Origin: Pyrinomonadaceae bacterium
GTDB taxonomy: Bacteria; Acidobacteriota; Blastocatellia; Pyrinomonadales; Pyrinomonadaceae
Assembly: GCA_031406255.1 (NCBI GenBank)
Contig: JANOGZ010001263.1
Span: 1-29,672, forward strand
Reading direction: 5' to 3'
DNA: 29,672 nucleotides
Positions 27,451 to 29,672 of this stretch are shown here, piece by piece. The notes under the pieces are model-generated. The model worked only from the letters and a program-made list of their open reading frames with translations. It ran no database searches and had not been told where the DNA came from. The translations under genes were made by a program, and so were the position numbers. Within the stretch, counting starts at the first letter, position 1. Every line of letters begins with the position of its first letter.

Positions 27451-27469
27451 AACACCAGACATGAAATCA

Positions 27470-28459
27470 TCATCCCCACCGCGTCAGCACCGCGCCCCAC
27501 GTGACGCCGCCGCCGAATGACGCCATCAGGACAAGATCACCCTCCTGGATGCGGCCCATCTCGACACATTCGTCGAGCGCGATCGGAATCGACGCCGAAG
27601 ACGTATTGCCAAGCATCGCGATGTTGGAATAGACGCGAGAAGCGTCAACGCTCAGTTTATCCGCGACCGAATCCGTGATGCGTTGATTGGCCTGGTGTGG
27701 AATGAAGAGGCGCACATCCTCGGCGGTGAATCCGGCCTCACCGAGCACCTCACGCGAAACATCGGTCATCGAGCGCACGGCAACTTTGAATAGCTCGTTG
27801 CCGCGCATCTTGTAGTAGTGCATTCCGGAGCTGATCGTCTCGGCGCTCGGACGGTGGCGTGTGCCGCCGCCCGGCGCATAAAGCTGTTCGGCGAAGCGCC
27901 CGTCCGAATAGATGCGCGCGGCGAGGATGCCGCGATCGCCATCCACCGGTCCGAGGATCGCGGCGCCCGCCCCATCTCCGAAAATCACGCACGTCGTCCG
28001 ATCCGTATAATCAACATAGCGCGTCAGCAGTTCGGCGCCGACGACAAGCACATAACGCGCCTGCCCCGTACTGATCATCGTTCTGGCGAGCGTCAGACCG
28101 TAGAGGAAACCCGAGCAGGCGGCGGCGAGATCGAAGGCGGCGGCACGGTGCGCCCCGAGTTCCGCCTGAACCAGGCAGCCGGTTGAAGGCAAAATCTGAT
28201 CGGGCGTCACGGTGGCGCAGATGATCAGGTTGATATCGATCGGGTCGATCCGCGCGCGCTCGATGGCCTGGCGGGCGGCGGCGACGGCAAACTGTGAAGT
28301 GTATTCGCCATCGGCCGCCTTGTGGCGTTGCTTGATCCCGGTGCGCGAGGTGATCCACTCATCGGAAGTCTCGACCATTCTCTCCAGATCAGCGTTTGTG
28401 AGAACCCCTTCCGGATAGGCGCGCCCCGTGCTTAAAATACCAGCGCTCGTCTGTGCCAT
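27470..28459 (-). CDS. fabH: 3-oxoacyl-ACP synthase III
   Basis: TSDEWITSRTGI, AACSGF, FGDGAGA, PHQAN, GNTSSAS and FGGGVTWG (Cys-His-Asn triad). Confidence 0.96.
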   Translation of the reverse strand: MAQTSAGILSTGRAYPEGVLTNADLERMVETSDEWITSRTGIKQRHKAADGEYTSQFAVAAARQAIERARIDPIDINLIICATVTPDQILPSTGCLVQAELGAHRAAAFDLAAACSGFLYGLTLARTMISTGQARYVLVVGAELLTRYVDYTDRTTCVIFGDGAGAAILGPVDGDRGILAARIYSDGRFAEQLYAPGGGTRHRPSAETISSGMHYYKMRGNELFKVAVRSMTDVSREVLGEAGFTAEDVRLFIPHQANQRITDSVADKLSVDASRVYSNIAMLGNTSSASIPIALDECVEMGRIQEGDLVLMASFGGGVTWGAVLTRWG

Positions 28460-28485
28460 CTTTTTCGTTCGCCTCTCCGATCCAT

Positions 28486-29556
28486 TTATCTTTCGGCAAC
28501 GGCCCGCAGGGATCGATTCTCGCGTGCATTCGTCGCGGCGACCTCGCGCTCGATACGCTCGCTCGCGCCGCGTTCGGAAAATTCCTTGACGCTGCGAATG
28601 GCGTTGCGGATCGCGCGCGCGTTAGAACTGCCATGGCCGATCACGACGATCCGCCGCACTCCCAGAAGCGGCGCGCCGCCATATTCGGAATAGTCGAGCC
28701 GCTTCTTGAGGCTCCGGAACGCCGGGCGCGCCAGCATCGCGCCCGCCTTCGTAATCGCCGAGGCGCTCAATTCCCGCTTGATCATCGAAATGACAGCATC
28801 CGACAATCCTTCGGACAGCTTCAGCATGACATTGCCGGTAAAACCATCCGTCACGATGACGTCAACGGTGCCGGTGAATACGTCGCGTCCTTCGACATTG
28901 CCGACGAAATTCAGACTCGACAGATCGCGCATCAGCGGAAACGCCTCCTTGGTCAGCTCGCTTCCCTTGGCTTCTTCTTCGCCGATGCTCATCAGGCCGA
29001 CCGTCGGCCGGACGCTGCCGAGCACGGCGCGCGCATAAGAATCGCCCATAATGGCAAACTGCACCATCTGCGCCGGCTTGCAGTCGGCATTAGCGCCGAC
29101 GTCCAGGAGCAGCGTCGGCTTACCCGATTTCGTCGGAATCAAAGCGGCCAGTGCCGGGCGATCGACACCGGGCAGCATCCCGATCACCATCTTCGCGGTC
29201 GCCATCGCCGCGCCCGTATTGCCGGCTGAGATGAATCCGTCGGCGTGACCTTCCGCCACCAGCCGCGCGCCGATCCGCAAGGAGCTTCTCTTTTTGCGTC
29301 TGATGGAAGTGCCGACCGGCTCATCCATGCCGATCACTTCTTCCGCTTCGACGAATTCGATGCCGCGATCCCCCTGCCGCCGCCAGCCGCAGCGGCGCAG
29401 CTCCGGCTCGACCTTCTCCGGCTGGCCGACCAGAATGACGCCGACTTGAAAATCTCGCGCCGCCGCCAGCGCGCCGTCCACTTCTGGATGCGGCGCGTTG
29501 TCGCTGCCCATCGCGTCGACAACTACTTTGCCGGTCAGCTGGCGTCCGTTGTTCAT
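28486..29556 (-). CDS. plsX: Phosphate acyltransferase
   Basis: VDAMGSDNAP, SAGNTGA, LLDVGAN, GNVEG, DGFTGNV and YGGAPLLG. Confidence 0.96.
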   Translation of the reverse strand: MNNGRQLTGKVVVDAMGSDNAPHPEVDGALAAARDFQVGVILVGQPEKVEPELRRCGWRRQGDRGIEFVEAEEVIGMDEPVGTSIRRKKRSSLRIGARLVAEGHADGFISAGNTGAAMATAKMVIGMLPGVDRPALAALIPTKSGKPTLLLDVGANADCKPAQMVQFAIMGDSYARAVLGSVRPTVGLMSIGEEEAKGSELTKEAFPLMRDLSSLNFVGNVEGRDVFTGTVDVIVTDGFTGNVMLKLSEGLSDAVISMIKRELSASAITKAGAMLARPAFRSLKKRLDYSEYGGAPLLGVRRIVVIGHGSSNARAIRNAIRSVKEFSERGASERIEREVAATNARENRSLRAVAER

Positions 29557-29613
29557 TCAGATGTGCGCCCCATCATACGCGGCGCACCTCCTCATCCTCT
29601 GCGTGCCCGGTCC

Positions 29614-29672
29614 TCACAACTCCTGCTCGATCCGGACCACTTCACGGCCTTTGTAATGACCGCACTTCGGGC
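29614..29672 (-). CDS. rpmF: 50S ribosomal protein L32, 3' end (partial at window edge)
   Basis: Translates (C)PKCGHYKGREVVRIEQEL-stop and sits in the canonical position upstream of plsX. Confidence 0.88.
   Translation of the reverse strand, partial: PKCGHYKGREVVRIEQEL

Noticed and set aside
27470-28459. Branched-chain primer specificity of FabH
   Set aside because: Specificity depends on pocket geometry that cannot be read reliably from the motifs alone.

Overview
GC-rich bacterial chromosomal window, mostly minus-strand genes. Gene content and style suggest Acidobacteriota (Blastocatellia/Pyrinomonadaceae-like); this is my inference and is not verified. Left to right: a truncated phenylacetate-CoA-ligase-like fragment joined to an FHA-domain ORF; a four-gene c-di-GMP/partner-switching operon (PocR-GAF-GGDEF cyclase, degenerate P-loop ATPase fused to an RsbW-like kinase, STAS protein, GAF-HD-GYP); an oppA-oppABCDF peptide ABC transporter with two binding proteins; coaE; folD; a stand-alone receiver protein; a TPR + sigma54-type AAA+ + Fis-HTH regulator divergent from a 70-aa secreted peptide gene; a CusF-SCO lipoprotein; and the operon rpmF-plsX-fabH-fabD-acpP-fabF-etfB-etfA, which lacks fabG. 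I found no rRNA, tRNA, CRISPR array or mobile element. The two best candidates for an undescribed system are (1) the peptide / TPR-enhancer-binding-protein / sigma54-promoter / receiver cassette near Opp, which resembles RRNPP-type peptide signalling in a presumably diderm organism, and (2) the cyclase-kinase-STAS-phosphodiesterase operon with its unusual ATPase-nuclease-fold-RsbW fusion.
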